From Felis catus (taxonomy: Eukaryota), in contig NC_058368.1 in assembly GCF_018350175.1 (NCBI RefSeq), positions 25,794,001-25,858,000 of the forward strand: a stretch of DNA of 64,000 nt, read 5' to 3'. Positions 11,480-23,514 of this stretch are shown piece after piece. The notes under the pieces are model-generated. The model did not search any database, was not told the origin of the DNA, and was given only the letters and a program-made list of their open reading frames with translations. Each line of letters begins with the position of its first letter. Positions within the stretch are counted from its first letter, which is position 1. The position numbers and the translations under genes are program-made.

Positions 11480-12080
11480 ACAAAAATGCTTTCTGGGTTT
11501 TCAACAACCACATTGGAAACAGAAGAGCATTGCTTTCAACATACCGTAAGGACATTCTTTTCTTTTCTTTTTGGGGGGACATAATTTGTATTTTATTTTA
11601 TTTGTTAAAGTTTATTTGTTATTTATTTTGTGAGAGAGGGAACCAGTGGGGGAGGGGCAGAAAGAGAGGGTGGACAGAGGATCTGCTGTGCTGACAGCAG
11701 AGAGCCCAATGTGGGGCTTGAACCCACGAACTGGGAGATCATGACGTGCGCTGAAGTCAGATGCTTAACTGACTGAGCCACCCAGGTGCCCCTAGGACAT
11801 GATTTTTAATACAGAGTTCTATTCCCAGCCAAATGATTAATACGACTTCATGATGAAATAAAACACATTTCAGCTGTATAAAGTCTCAGAAAGGAACCTG
11901 CCATGCACCTTTTCTCAGAAAGCTATTAGAGGATATTCTCTAAAATTCTCTAGTAGTACACCAATAAGAAGAAACCCATGAGATAGAAGGGGCCCAACAC
12001 AGGAGAGAGGGTGTTGAAAATCACACAGTGACAACTCTACGTGTGGCTTCAGACTAGTCCGTACGGGAGCAGAAGGTGCA
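11480..12080 (+). mobile_element. HAL1-like (half-L1) fragment
   Basis: gttctattcccagccaaa...ccatgcaccttttctcagaaagcta...ccaacacaggagagagg resembles HAL1; split by a SINE. Confidence 0.65.
11556..11792 (-). mobile_element. CanSINE
   Basis: Antisense; TSD aggacat. Confidence 0.93.
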
Positions 12081-12304
12081 GAGCTGCTAGAAGGAATCAT
12101 AAGAGAAATACCTGCTCTTGGGGAGCCTTGGCTCACTCCACCTTCTCAGTCCCTGAATTTCTGCAAAGTCCTTTGTTCTACACACTTTCCCGGTAGTGCA
12201 TCCCGAGCCTCGGCTGTAGGGTCACCGCGGCCCACAACAACTCCACGGAGGACCACCGTCTCACAACTTATGTCCTTGCTGCCTGCATACTAATGGACAC
12301 TCGA

Positions 12305-12400
12305 GAGTGCTAACCTAGGGTGAGGCAAGCAAGGGGCTCAGGGCTCAAAACTGAAGGAGGCCCTCTCAAGTGCAAGCTCAGCACCTCACTGCTCCCCAGC
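12305..12400. mobile_element. MER91-like hAT MITE fragment
   Basis: ctagggtgaggcaagc...gggctcaaaactgaaggaggc. Confidence 0.45.
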
Positions 12401-12652
12401 ATCTAGTTCCCCATGGATAGACGTCTGGCCGTCTGCCACTCCCACACCTGTCTCACTGTCTTCTGTCTTTACTGCCACTTTCTCACGTTCCCCTTATAAT
12501 GGGCTGATGCATAATGGCAGGCAATAGGATGTGTTTCCTTTAAGAATGTATATAATTTTTTTGTATTTAAGTTTAGGCCATGGTTCTTGTTTGTTTGCTT
12601 TAAGTTCTACTAGAGATTTCTTCACATTTTGTGAGGCTGCATTTTAATTTTA

Positions 12653-12721
12653 TTTTTCAATATTTATTTACTTATTGTGAAAGACAGAGAAAAAGAGAGA
12701 GAATGGGGGAGTGGAAGAGAG

Positions 12722-12769
<48 letters not shown>

Positions 12770-12891
12770 TCGCAAGCAGATTCCACACTCAGTGCAGAGC
12801 CCAACTCGGGCCCAATCTCATGACCACGAGATCATGACTTGAGCTGATGTCAAGAGTAGGATGCTTAACCGACTGAACCATCCAGGCACCC
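12653..12891 (-). mobile_element. CanSINE
   Basis: Antisense; TSD tg(c/t)attttaatttta. Confidence 0.92.
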
Positions 12892-13468
12892 TTTGTATTT
12901 TAATTTTAAAATAGAATATCAACTTTGCCACCTCAAAATTTCACAAGCAAAAAGCCTCCAAAATCACATGGAGCATGACAATCATTTGTGATCCATGAAT
13001 AATAAAGAACAGAAAAAGTATGAGGAAGAGAAGAAAGTGGGTGGAGAAAACACATTTTGTTCTCACTACTCAAATGAACTATACTTTCCACTAAAAAATT
13101 TCTACTTCCAATATTTAAGGACAGAATTTTCTCAAGGGACTGTTTGAAGCTGAAAGTGCGTACTGAAATATTAGAAACAGAAGGGCATAAATCACTACTA
13201 CAATCTTAAATTCTACTTCTAAAAATATGCAGAAAGCATATCCAAACAGTACACAGGACTTCAGTTTGTGAGGCTGCTTTAGGCAAAGTGCATTGTCATG
13301 ATCTACTGTGCTTCAAGACCAGGAGTTGCAAAGAAGTCTTTACTTGAGTCAATTGTGATTAGAGAAGGACAGCTTCCACTTCAGTGGTAATATCCCATCA
13401 GGCAAAGATTACTGGTAAAGCTAGAAAAGATTCTTGCTGCTCTTCCGACTACAGTTGAAAGCAAGTGA

Positions 13469-14168
13469 CAATTTATTTTTTCCCTTCCAAATTTTTATTC
13501 AAATTCTAGTTAATTAACATGTAGTGTAACATTGGTTTCAGGAGTAGAATTCAGTGATTCATCACTTCCATACAACACCCAGTGCTCATCCCAACAAGTG
13601 CCCTCTTTAGTGCCCATCACCCATTTAGTCCTCCCCCACCCCACCCACCTCCCTCCATCAACCCAGTTTGTTCCCTCTGGTTTGCTTCTCTCTCTCTCTT
13701 TTCTCTTCCCATATGCTCATCTGTTTTGTTTCCTAAATTCCACATGTGAGTGAAATCATATGGTATTTGTCTTTCTCTGACTATTTCACTTGGCCTAATA
13801 CACCCTAGCTCCATCCACATCATTGTAAATGGCAAGATTTCGTTTTTTTTAATGTTTATTTTTGAGGGAGAGAGAGGGATTGCGAGTAGGGGAGGGGCAG
13901 AGAGAGAGGGAGATAGAGGATCCAAAGCGCTGCAGGCTCTGTGCTGACAGCAAACAGCCAGATATGGGGCTCGAACTCATGAACCACAATATTGTGATCT
14001 GAGCAGAAGTCAGAGGCTTAACTGACTGAGTCACCCAGATGCCCCAAGATTTCATTCTTTTTGATGGTTAGTAATATCCAATCGTGTATATATATATATA
14101 TACTACATCTTTATCCGTTCATCAGTGAATGGACACTTGGGCTCTTTCCGTAGTTTGGCTATTGTTGA
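13469..14168 (-). mobile_element. 5'-truncated carnivore L1 3' end
   Basis: TSD gaaagcaagtga (13457-13468/14169-14180); same 3'UTR text as the L1 at 9959. Confidence 0.92.
13842..14045 (-). mobile_element. CanSINE nested in L1
   Basis: TSD aagatttc. Confidence 0.93.
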
Positions 14169-14559
14169 GAAAGCAAGTGATGAGTTACTATTCCTAATGT
14201 GCGTATGGTGACCATGAGAGGTACCCAGGACCTGAGAATGTTGTTCTGCCCTGTGATAACTCTCAAGAGGGCCACCAAAGTTTATAAAAATAAACATGTT
14301 GATAATATTTCAGATTGATTCTTGCGTCCAAGAAGTCCATCCTATGCTGGTAATATTTAGCTTTGGTCTTGCCTTTGTCAAAGTATTTATTTTAACATTT
14401 GGCCACTAAGCATTCAGCCAGTTTATCTGTTAACTCTATCTGTTAGGTATATATTTTCATACATGTTAACATGGTTTTCCCTCCACTGTCCTGTCCCACT
14501 TCCTCTCCTGCCACCAATTTCCCTTTTTGCTTTATAAATGTTTTGGTTTGGGTTAAATT

Positions 14560-14661
14560 TTTATTTATTTTATTTTATTTTGTTTTATTTTATTTTATTT
14601 TTGAGAGAGAGAGAGGGTGCAAGTGAGCAAGGAGCAGAGAGAATGAGAGAGAATGAGAGAG

Positions 14662-14706
<45 letters not shown>

Positions 14707-14822
14707 ATGGCTCACCTGAAGTGGGGCATGAGCTCAGCCAACATGGGGCTTGAACTCATGAACTGTGAGATCATGACCTGAGATGAAGTCAGATGCTCAA
14801 CGACTGAGCCACCCAGCTGCCC
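14560..14822 (-). mobile_element. CanSINE with expanded (GA)n
   Basis: Antisense head and tail. Confidence 0.92.
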
Positions 14823-14984
14823 TGATTGAATTTTAATTTAGTTCCCGGGTTACAGGATATCAAGACAGTATGTGATTAAACTAGAAGAGGAATAAAAATC
14901 CTCTAGAGATAGATGCAGGGACTCATGTGGCTTTGGGCTTCTAACTGTAGGGAGAAGGAGACACAGTTAGGTTATGCAGGTATT

Positions 14985-15715
14985 TTGTGGTGTGGAAATT
15001 CAAGAATGTACTTTCCACACCCATTCCAACCAACTGCTGGTATGGCTGTCTATACCACAAGCCTGGGAAACAAAGAACCATATTCCCAGAATCCTTTGCA
15101 GTTAGGATCTAGATACATTTTAGGCTTCCCTAATCAGATGAACACAAATAAAATGTTCACTTGGAATGAAGACCATGGAGAAATAGGCAGGCTATGAATC
15201 ATCTCTTGGCTGGTTTGAATGATAGTGGAGGCAGTATAGTCAGATAGCAGCTGTGCTTGTAGCTTCACGAGTTTGCAGCTTTTATGTATGTATGTATGTA
15301 TGTATGTATGTATGTATGTATGTATGTATTTAGAGAGGGAGTGAGAGCAGGGGAGGGGCAGAGAGAGAGGGAGAGAAAGAGTCTCAAGCAGGCTCCGTGC
15401 TGTCAGCCTGGACCCAACTCAGGGCTCAAACTCACGAAACCATGAGATCATGACCTGAGCTGAAACCAAGAGTTGGACACTTAACCGACTGAGCCACCAG
15501 GCGCCCCTAAGTTGCAGCTTCCTAATGGCCGCAGGAGCAGCAGCCATCTTGGCAGACCAGTTCTTTGGTTAGTGTGGTTTGGTTTGGGGGTCTAGGTTTT
15601 TGGTTTTTTGGGTTTGGTTTTGTATTTTCCCTCTCAACAGTTCTGGGAGCTCTTTCTACTCCTCAATAAATCTGTTTGTACTTAAACTAGTTAGAGAGGA
15701 TTCTATTCTTAACTA
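14985..15715 (+). mobile_element. Old ERVL-type LTR (LTR33/LTR40-like), split by a SINE
   Basis: catattcccagaatcctttgcagttagg...aataaatctgtttgtacttaaactagttagagaggattct. Confidence 0.6.
15282..15507 (-). mobile_element. CanSINE with (TATG)n tail microsatellite
   Basis: TSD ttgcagctt. Confidence 0.93.
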
Positions 15716-16224
15716 CTTCAGAAGTTCAATTTTTGTCTTGTAACATCCTAGGCCCTTTATGTACATTACCTAATTTAATTATCACATGGCCAAGAAATAA
15801 TTACTATTATTTATATCTATTACCAGATGAGGAAGCGACTTTCCAATCTTTTCTGAAGGTAGAGAAGGAAAATTGGGGGTAACGTTTTTAATCACAGAAA
15901 GTCACAGTAATGGAACAAAGAATTCTGGTGTATTCTTTACCCAGACCCCCCAGTTGTTAACATTTTACCACATTTGCTTTATCTTTTATCCCTTCCTGTG
16001 TCTCTTTCTCTCTCTCTAACTCCTCTCTCCACACAATTTTTTTTCTCTGATCCATTAAAGAGTAAGTTGCCGACATGATGCCCCTTTGATGTGTATTTTC
16101 GGAGAACAAGGACATTATTTACACAATTACAGTACAATGATCAGAGTTGGAAATTTGAAACTGATACCACACTATCCTCTAATCTGCAGACTTTGTCTTT
16201 TTCCTATTGTTCCAATAATGTTTT

Positions 16225-16434
16225 GTTTTTTTTTTAAGTTTAACTTATTTTGAGAGAGAAAGAGAGAGAGGAAGGAACAAGTGGAGCCAGGGCAGAGAGA
16301 GAAGAGGACAGGATCTGAAGCAGGCTCCATGTCGACTGCAGACAGCCCAATGTGGGGCTCGAACTCACGAACCATGAAACCATGACCTGAGCTGAAGCCA
16401 GATGCTTAACCAACTGAGCCACCCAGGCGCCCCC
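16225..16434 (-). mobile_element. CanSINE
   Basis: TSD ccaataa(t/c)gtttt. Confidence 0.93.
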
Positions 16435-16632
16435 CCAATAACGTTTTTTCAATAGTACACTAAAAATATATTTTTTTCTGGTCTGGATGTAATTCAGACT
16501 CACAAGTTGCATTTAGTTGTCAAACCAATTTAGTCTCCCTTAACTGGAATAGCTCCTCAGTCTGTCTTTTATCTTCCATAACCTCAACATTTTCGAAGGA
16601 TACAAGCCAGTTGTTTTTAAAATGTCAATCTA

Positions 16633-16857
16633 GGGGTGCCTGGGTGGCTCAGTCGGTTAAGCGTCTGACTTCAGCTCAGCTCATGATCTCACGGTCTGTG
16701 AGTTGGAGCCCCGCGTTGGGCTCTGGGCTGACAGCTCAGAGCCTGGAGCCTGCTTCAGATTCTGTGTCTCCCTCTCTCTCTGCCCCTCCCCTGCTCACGC
16801 TCTGTCTCTCTCTGTCTCAAAAATAAATTTAAAAAAAGCATCAAAATAAAATAAAAT
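16633..16857 (+). mobile_element. CanSINE
   Basis: TSD aaaatgtcaatcta. Confidence 0.96.
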
Positions 16858-17055
16858 AAAATGTCAATCTAGATTTATTTGGATGTTTCTTGAGGGAATA
16901 GTTTTACATATGTATCACATATGTTGCAAAGAATTCAAACTGAGAAGTACATAAAAGTATAAGTAAAATTTGCCTCTTCTCCAACTCCTTAAGCGTAGCA
17001 ATTGTTAACATTTAAGTTTTAACTTCAAAATGTTGCTTAAAAATAATTTCTTTGT

Positions 17056-17159
17056 GGGGTGCCTAGCTGGCTCAGTCAATAGAGCATGTGACTCTTGATC
17101 TTGAGGTTGTGAGATCAAACCCCAGATTGGGCCTACAGTTTACTTTAAAAAAAAAAAAA
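17056..17159 (+). mobile_element. Short tRNA-Lys-like SINE
   Basis: ggggtgcctagctggctcag...gactcttgatc...polyA. Confidence 0.9.
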
Positions 17160-17178
17160 GGAGGAAATAATTATTTCT

Positions 17179-17286
17179 GGGGCACCTGGCTGGCTCAGTT
17201 GCTAGAGCTCATGACTCTTGATCTGAGGGTCATGAGTTCAAGCCCCACTTTGGGTATGGAGCCTTAAAATAAAAAATAAATGAATA
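17179..17286 (+). mobile_element. Short tRNA-Lys-like SINE
   Basis: ggggcacctggctggctcag...gactcttgatc...A tail. Confidence 0.9.
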
Positions 17287-17611
17287 AAAATAATTTCTTA
17301 ATTTCAGTATACATTGCTAAAAGTTTAAGAACATTTCCTATGTGGCTGAAATAACATCAGCACCTTAAAAATAATAATTCCTTAACATTATCTAACACCC
17401 AGTCCACATTCAGATTCCCCTAATTATTCCAGATATGCCCTTTACAGTTAATTTCTCCATACCAAGATTCAATCTAGAATCAGACCTTTGTTACTGCTTG
17501 GTATGTCCCATAACTCTCCTTTTATCTTGAGCAGTTGCATAATAAGAATGATAAGAAACAGTGTGATAAGAAAACACCAGGCTTTAAAATTGTCTGTTAA
17601 GAAGAAATATT

Positions 17612-17830
17612 GGGGCGCCTGGGTGGCTCAGTCGGTTAACCGTCTGACTTCGGCTCAGGTCATGATCTCACAGTTTGTGAGTTCAAACCCCGTGTTGGGC
17701 TCTGTGCAGACAGCCTGGAGCCTGCTTCGGATTCTGTGCCTCCCTCTCTCTGTGCCCCTCCCCCGCTCACACTGTCTTTCTCTCTCTAAAAAATAAACAT
17801 TAAAAAAAAAAAATAAAAAAAAAAAGAAGA
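17612..17830 (+). mobile_element. CanSINE
   Basis: Head/(CT)n/polyA. Confidence 0.95.
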
Positions 17831-18273
17831 ATAAATATTTGGTTGAAGTTTCAAGGGTCCAGAAGTCATTCTTATGTCAGCAGTAAGAGCCCTCACGTCT
17901 GTAGAGCAGGACAAGTGACTCAGAACCTGGCTGTTCAGGTAGATCACTCTAGCCAAGCTCTACCCAAGCTACACCACTTCTCTGTGCTTTGATTTTCTCT
18001 TTAGCAATGCAAGTAAGAAAATACTAGTCTCAGGGGTTTGTAAGAAAAAGCTTATCATTGATCAAATATAAAATATTAAATACACATATGCTTGTCGTAA
18101 AAAGTTGTATCTAAAGCGAACAGGAAAACTCAAGTCATAGGAATTAGACAATGAACATTCAACTCACACAAAGGAAGAAAAGTCTGCTGTTGGAAGATGT
18201 TTTCTCTTTTGATTTATTTTTCAATGTTTTTCTTTCAGTGCTTTCTTTTTTTATATATCGCAGTGGCAGCAGG

Positions 18274-18418
18274 TGAGAGTTCATTAGACCAGATACATTA
18301 ATAGGACATAATAAAATAACATTATATTTATAGATCTGAGTGTAGTGGGAGTGGATGTACAGCCTTGACACAGGAGAACAAACACTGAGCAATGTTTCAT
18401 AAACATTCTTCCATGTCA
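18274..18418. repeat. Diverged direct repeat, copy A (partner 20181-20329)
   Basis: Manual alignment with copy B. Confidence 0.8.
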
Positions 18419-18456
18419 ACAAAATGCTATGGCCATTACTTCTAAAGGAGAGTGCA

Positions 18457-18653
18457 GGGGCACCTGGGTGGCTCAGTAGGTTGAGAATCCGACTCTTGAT
18501 TTTGGCTCAGATCATGATCCCATGGTTCATGACATCAAGCCCTGCATTGGGCTCTGCTCTGAGCATGGAGCCTGCTTGGGATTCTCTCTCTCCCTCCCTC
18601 TGCCCCTTTCCTGCTCTCTCTCTCAAATAAAAAAAAAAATTTTTTTTAATTAT
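18457..18653 (+). mobile_element. CanSINE
   Basis: TSD taaag(g/a)agagt. Confidence 0.93.
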
Positions 18654-18799
18654 TAAAGAAGAGTTAAGTTTGTTTGGGGGTTTATTATATGACTTTATTA
18701 TTTCCTATTATCTCACATGTGCTGGGCCTAGGGAAAGGAATCTTTACTCCTTTGGTTTTAAGCATGTTAAAAAGCCTAAAAATGAGACATATGGATGTG

Positions 18800-19230
18800 T
18801 GTACTGGGTTGAATAGTGTCTTCTAAATCAGATTCACACAGAACCTCAGAATGTGACCTTATTTGGAAATAAGGTCTTTGCAGACATAATTAGTTAAATC
18901 AAAGTGAAGTCATCTGGATTATGGTGATTATGGATTGTGGTAATCTAATGACTGATGTCCTTATAAGAAAATGGAAGTTTGGACACAGACCCACCAGGAG
19001 AACACCACGTGATGAAGGGGGTAGAGATTGTAGTGATGTGTCTTCAAGCCAAGGACTACAAGAAGCTGGGAGGGGGCAAGGAAGAATCCTCCCTTAAAGC
19101 CTCCAGGGAAAGCATGCCCTGCTGATACACTGATGTTGGTCTTCTGGCCTCCAGAACTGTGAGAGAATAAATTTCTGTTGTTTTAAGCATCCAAGTGTGT
19201 GGTAATTTGCTACACGGCCCCAGGATACCA
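18800..19230 (+). mobile_element. MLT1B/C MaLR solo LTR
   Basis: tgtactgggttgaatagtgtc...gaatgtgaccttatttggaaataaggtctttgcaga...ggcctccagaactgtgagagaataaatttctgttg. Confidence 0.92.
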
Positions 19231-19319
19231 CCACGACATTGCAGTCTCATGTGCAACTGAGCTCTGGGAAGCTGATTCATTCTAACCAAAATTCACAAAC
19301 TGTTTTATAAACTCAGATT

Positions 19320-19895
19320 TCAATTTATTCATCTACAATAAGAAATGTCTGGCAGGATAACAGGTCTTCCCTCAGGGAGCACCAACCTGGTGTGTAGGCC
19401 TAAATTATAAACCAGGAAGGAGGAGAAACCAATATTGATAGAGCGTCTGATGTGTTTTAGGCACCATACGTGTCACAAATATAAAATCACAATTGTGATC
19501 AGGGCTTTGCAGAAAGAGGTACTGTGGCACATAAGCCAGAGAACTGAGGACATCAAGGAGTTCAAGGAAGATGAATCTCAGGAAAGGATCTGAAGGAATG
19601 ACAGGAATTAACAAAGAGAAGGGAAGATGGCAGGTACAAAGGCCTTACATATTCAAGGAACTGAAAGAAGGCTCACGCGCACTGGGGTGCGGGTGAGGGG
19701 TTGTAACGGTTGAGGCAGGAGAGTGAGAGGTGACACATGCAAGGGCTCTTAGATGGTGTTCAGGTTTGTTTCTTTCTCCTAAGGCAACAGGGGAGGGCGG
19801 TGGTTAAGTTTTCCTATACAAAGAGATGGCAAAATTAGACTTGTAGTTGTGGAAAGATCACTGTGGCTGCAATGAAGGTACAAATTGGAAGGAAG
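19320..19895 (-). mobile_element. L2 fragment
   Basis: gatctgaaggaatgacagga...ttcaaggaactgaaagaaggc...ggaaagatcactgtggctgca. Confidence 0.7.
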
Positions 19896-20180
19896 GGGTT
19901 TGATGCCCGAAGAGGGTCCAGGAATTAGGAATGAACACACCACACCTCTGCAAACACTCTATGAGACCCCACGAGAGCCACCAAGAAGCCAGGCCCCTTG
20001 ACCCTCATGCCAGGACCCTCATCCCTCCCCATAGACCCAGACTCCCCTTGGAGAGAAGTAGGTCTGAGCATTTGCCTGAGTTACCCAAGCAGAGAAAGAG
20101 TAACTAAAGAGTAAAGGTATCACTGGATTGGGTTACAATTGGGTTTTGGACTAAATTTTTACCCTTGCTACCCCAAATGA

Positions 20181-20329
20181 TGAGAGCTCATCAGATCAGA
20201 TCTATAGTGGGATATAATAATATAACACTCTATTTATACACCTGAGTGTAGTGTAGGTGAATTCACAAGCCTGATGAATGAAGAAAAACCAAATGCTCCA
20301 CAATGTACCTTGAACATCCTTTCGGGTCA
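20181..20329. repeat. Diverged direct repeat, copy B (partner 18274-18418)
   Basis: Manual alignment with copy A. Confidence 0.8.
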
Positions 20330-20399
20330 GAATATACCCACCTAAGGCGTTCTTTGTAACAGCTGCTGCCCTCTTTGTATGTGTACTGTCATTCATCCC

Positions 20400-20585
20400 T
20401 TCTTTCTTTCCTTTCTTTCTTTCTTTCTTTCTTTTTTATTGAAGTATGGCTGACACAAAATGTTGCATTCATTTCAGGTGTACGACATGATGATGTGACA
20501 ACTTTGTACATTACGTGATAGCTACCATCCGTCACCGTACAATGCTATCACAATACCACTGACTATCTTCCCTGTGCTGTATATT
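20400..20585 (-). mobile_element. L1 3'-terminal fragment with (TTTC)n tail
   Basis: ttttattgaagtatggctgacac...tttcaggtgtacgacatgatga. Confidence 0.8.
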
Positions 20586-22155
20586 TAACTATTTCCTTAT
20601 TTAATATTTGGTAAACAATCTCTCCCAGGTATTTTGCTATTACACCAGCATCTTGAACATGTGCCCAAGTACACTTCGGAGAGATTTTTCTGTGGCAGTC
20701 TTAGGAGGAGGATTTCTAGGTCTAAGAGAAAGCATATTCAAACACTGATAGATCGTGGCAAACTCCCTAAAAGAGAGACAGTCAGCCCGTCTCTTAAGCA
20801 CACTGATTTCTGAGTAGGATATTCACGCTTTGACACATGCTATCTAGTTTTTGTTGGTTATTTTTCTGATTATGAAATTGACATGTTTTGGGAGATGGAG
20901 AAAATGCCTTTCACTTGACCTATTAAGGAAGGCACTGTGGGTGTTTGATTCATGTACATGGATGGCTGCTTCTGGTGAGGGGCGATTATCGTCTGACATG
21001 ATGTTCAGGTGAGTAACTCCCCAGAGAGGATGGGCTTCTGGCTTCGCTGAGCCCATGTTTCAGAATAACCCCTGACATGGACCGGAACCTTCTGCACTAC
21101 AGAGGGGAGAGCTACAAGTTGGTGGGTGGGATGGGGAGCCCAACAGGAAGACCCAGAAGCCAGTGACGACAAGCCTGGGATGGGGAAGGACAGGGAGCTA
21201 AATGCCAGACGCAGTGCAAGTAGAAAGGGATTTTGGTACCATTTCCTAGAGTTCACAAAATTCCCCTTTGTTTTAATTGTGCCTCAGAATATGTGTTTAA
21301 CCTCTTATTAGAGATGTTGTGAGTCAATTAGTTCTGGCCTTTCTCCCAGGAAGGCAGCTGCACAGCTCCCGTGAGTTGTTCCAACACAGTGAAGAGCAAC
21401 CAGGGAAGCCCGTTTCTGACGGCCAGAGGGGGAGAAGGTGAGGGGAGGCTGCCGCGGACGGATGACGAAGCACAGCCGAGGGCTTGCTCTAGGTGCTGTT
21501 TTAGGTAACAGATCTAAATCCGTTTTACTCTCACTTCAAGACCCATGTGAGCAAGTGAAAGGGGTGAGGGGTGACTTGTCCCTGAAGGGTTTCGGTGTCG
21601 TGCTGAAGAGCAGGCCAAGGACGGCTGGGTGTCACCAGGCAGTGAAACAAAAGCAACAGGAGAAACACCAGGCAGAGGGTGACAGCCGCGAGCTGAGGGC
21701 AGGGAGGGCCGGACTCTACCACGGGCCGCCCAGGGGAGCCTCCACAGACAGCACAGCACCTGGACTAAGTCTGAAGGGCGAAGAGTAGATCTCCACGCAG
21801 CCCAGGGTGTGGACAGGTGTATCTGTCCTAGGCTGAAGTAACAAGGGACCTGAAGCCGGGTGGCTTACAACGACAGATATGTATTCTCTCACAGTTCTGG
21901 AGGCCGGAAGACCTCAAGGTGTTGGCACACCACCCGGAGGTTCTGGGGAGACTCCATTCCTTGCTTCTTCCTCCTTCCGATGACTGCCGGGTCCCTTGGC
22001 CTGTGCCACACCACCCCAACCTCTGCTTTCACTTTCACGCGGCCCTCTCCTCTTTTGTGGCTTTTAAGGACACAAGTCTTCGGATTTAGGCCCCACCTGG
22101 ATGACACAGCATGATCTCACCTCAAGATACTTATATCAATTATAGTGGCAAAGAC

Positions 22156-22348
22156 TTTTTTTTTTAAGTTTATCTTGTGAGAGACAGTGCAGGTGGGGGA
22201 GGGGCAGACAGCGAAGGAGAATCCCCAAGCAGTCTCCGCAAGGTCAGCACAGAGCCCCGTGTGGGGCTCGAACTCAGGAAACTGTGAGATCGTGACCTGC
22301 CAAAATCAAGACTTTGATGCTTAACCCACTGAGCCACCTAGGTGCCCC
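22156..22348 (-). mobile_element. CanSINE
   Basis: Antisense head/tail. Confidence 0.9.
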
Positions 22349-22351
22349 TTA

Positions 22352-22590
22352 TCTTTCTTTTTTTCATGTTTATTTACTTTGGAGAGAGTGAGAGAGAGAG
22401 ACAGAGCATGAGCATGAGCATGAGCAGGGGAGGGGCAGAGAGAGAGGAAGACAGAATCCTAAGCAGGCTTCAGGCTCTGAGCTCCGAGCTGTCAGCACAG
22501 AGCCTAATGAAGGAATCGAAATCACGAGCAGTGAGATCATGACCTGAGTCAAAATTGGACGCTTAACCAACTAAGCCACCCAGGCGCCCC
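22352..22590 (-). mobile_element. CanSINE
   Basis: Antisense; (GAGCAT)3 slippage. Confidence 0.92.
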
Positions 22591-22601
22591 TGAACTTCCT
22601 A

Positions 22602-22766
22602 GCATGCAAAAACGGGGGAGGGGCAGAAAGAAGGAGACAGAGATTCCAAAGCTGGCTCCTTGCTGACAGCAAAGAGAGACCTGATGCAGGGCTCGAACTC
22701 ACAAACTGTGAGATCATGACCTAAGCCGAAGTCAGAGGCTTAACTGACTGAACAACCGAGGCACCC
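22602..22766 (-). mobile_element. CanSINE, 3'-truncated
   Basis: Antisense head and body, tail missing. Confidence 0.85.
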
Positions 22767-22890
22767 GAGTCCCTTGTCTTTTTAAATAGGATAGCATTCA
22801 TAGATTCTAGGGGTTAGGGTGGGAGCATATCTTTTTGGAAATCTACCATTTAACCCATTCAGAGGGTCTCTGGGAGAAAGCAAACTTCTT

Positions 22891-23143
22891 CTTTCTTCTT
22901 TTTAATGTTTTTATTTATTTTTGACAGAGAAAGAGAGAGAGAGAGAGAGAGACAGATAGACAGAGACAGAGAGACAGAGAGAATGAGCAGGGGAGGGGCA
23001 GAGAGAGGGAGACACAGAATCTGAAGCAGGCTCCAGGCTCTGAGTGGTCAGCACAGAGCCCGATGTGGGGCTCGAACTCACGAATCGTGAGACCATGACC
23101 TGAGCCAAAGTCACATTCAACCGACTGAGCCACCCACATGCCC
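22891..23143 (-). mobile_element. CanSINE
   Basis: TSD ctgggaga(a/g)agcaaacttctt. Confidence 0.95.
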
Positions 23144-23289
23144 CTGGGAGAGAGCAAACTTCTTAACGGAAGGCCTTTGATAATGGTGTCCCCACCATCT
23201 TTCAAAGGTGGAATTAATTGCTTTCATTTCCACAAATGAAAGGTTTTCCAGGCCTCCATGCTTTTGTATATGCAGCTCCCCCTTTCAGT

Positions 23290-23514
23290 TTTTTTTTTTT
23301 AATTTTTTTTTCAACGTTTATTTATTTTTGGGACAGAGAGAGACAGAGCATGAACGGGGGAGGGGCAGAGAGAGAGGGAGACACAGAATCGGACACAGGC
23401 TCCAGGCTCTGAGCCATCAGCCCAGAGCCTGACGCGGGGCTCGAACTCACGGACCGCGAGATCGTGACCTGGCTGAAGTCGGACGCTTAACCGACTGCTC
23501 CACCCAGGCGCCCC
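23290..23514 (-). mobile_element. CanSINE, young subfamily
   Basis: CpG-intact; TSD tccccctttcagtttt. Confidence 0.97.

Larger units (their letters stand above)
15905..17520 (-). mobile_element. Old L1MB/MC fragments with several SINE insertions
   Basis: gttaacattttaccacatttgcttt...agagtaagttgccgacatgatgcccc...aacaaggacatt. Confidence 0.7.
21818..22862 (-). mobile_element. MLT1C-like LTR containing three tandem SINEs
   Basis: ggtggcttacaacgacaga...ctcacagttctggaggcc...atgatctcacctcaagat...ggggttaggg. Confidence 0.85.
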
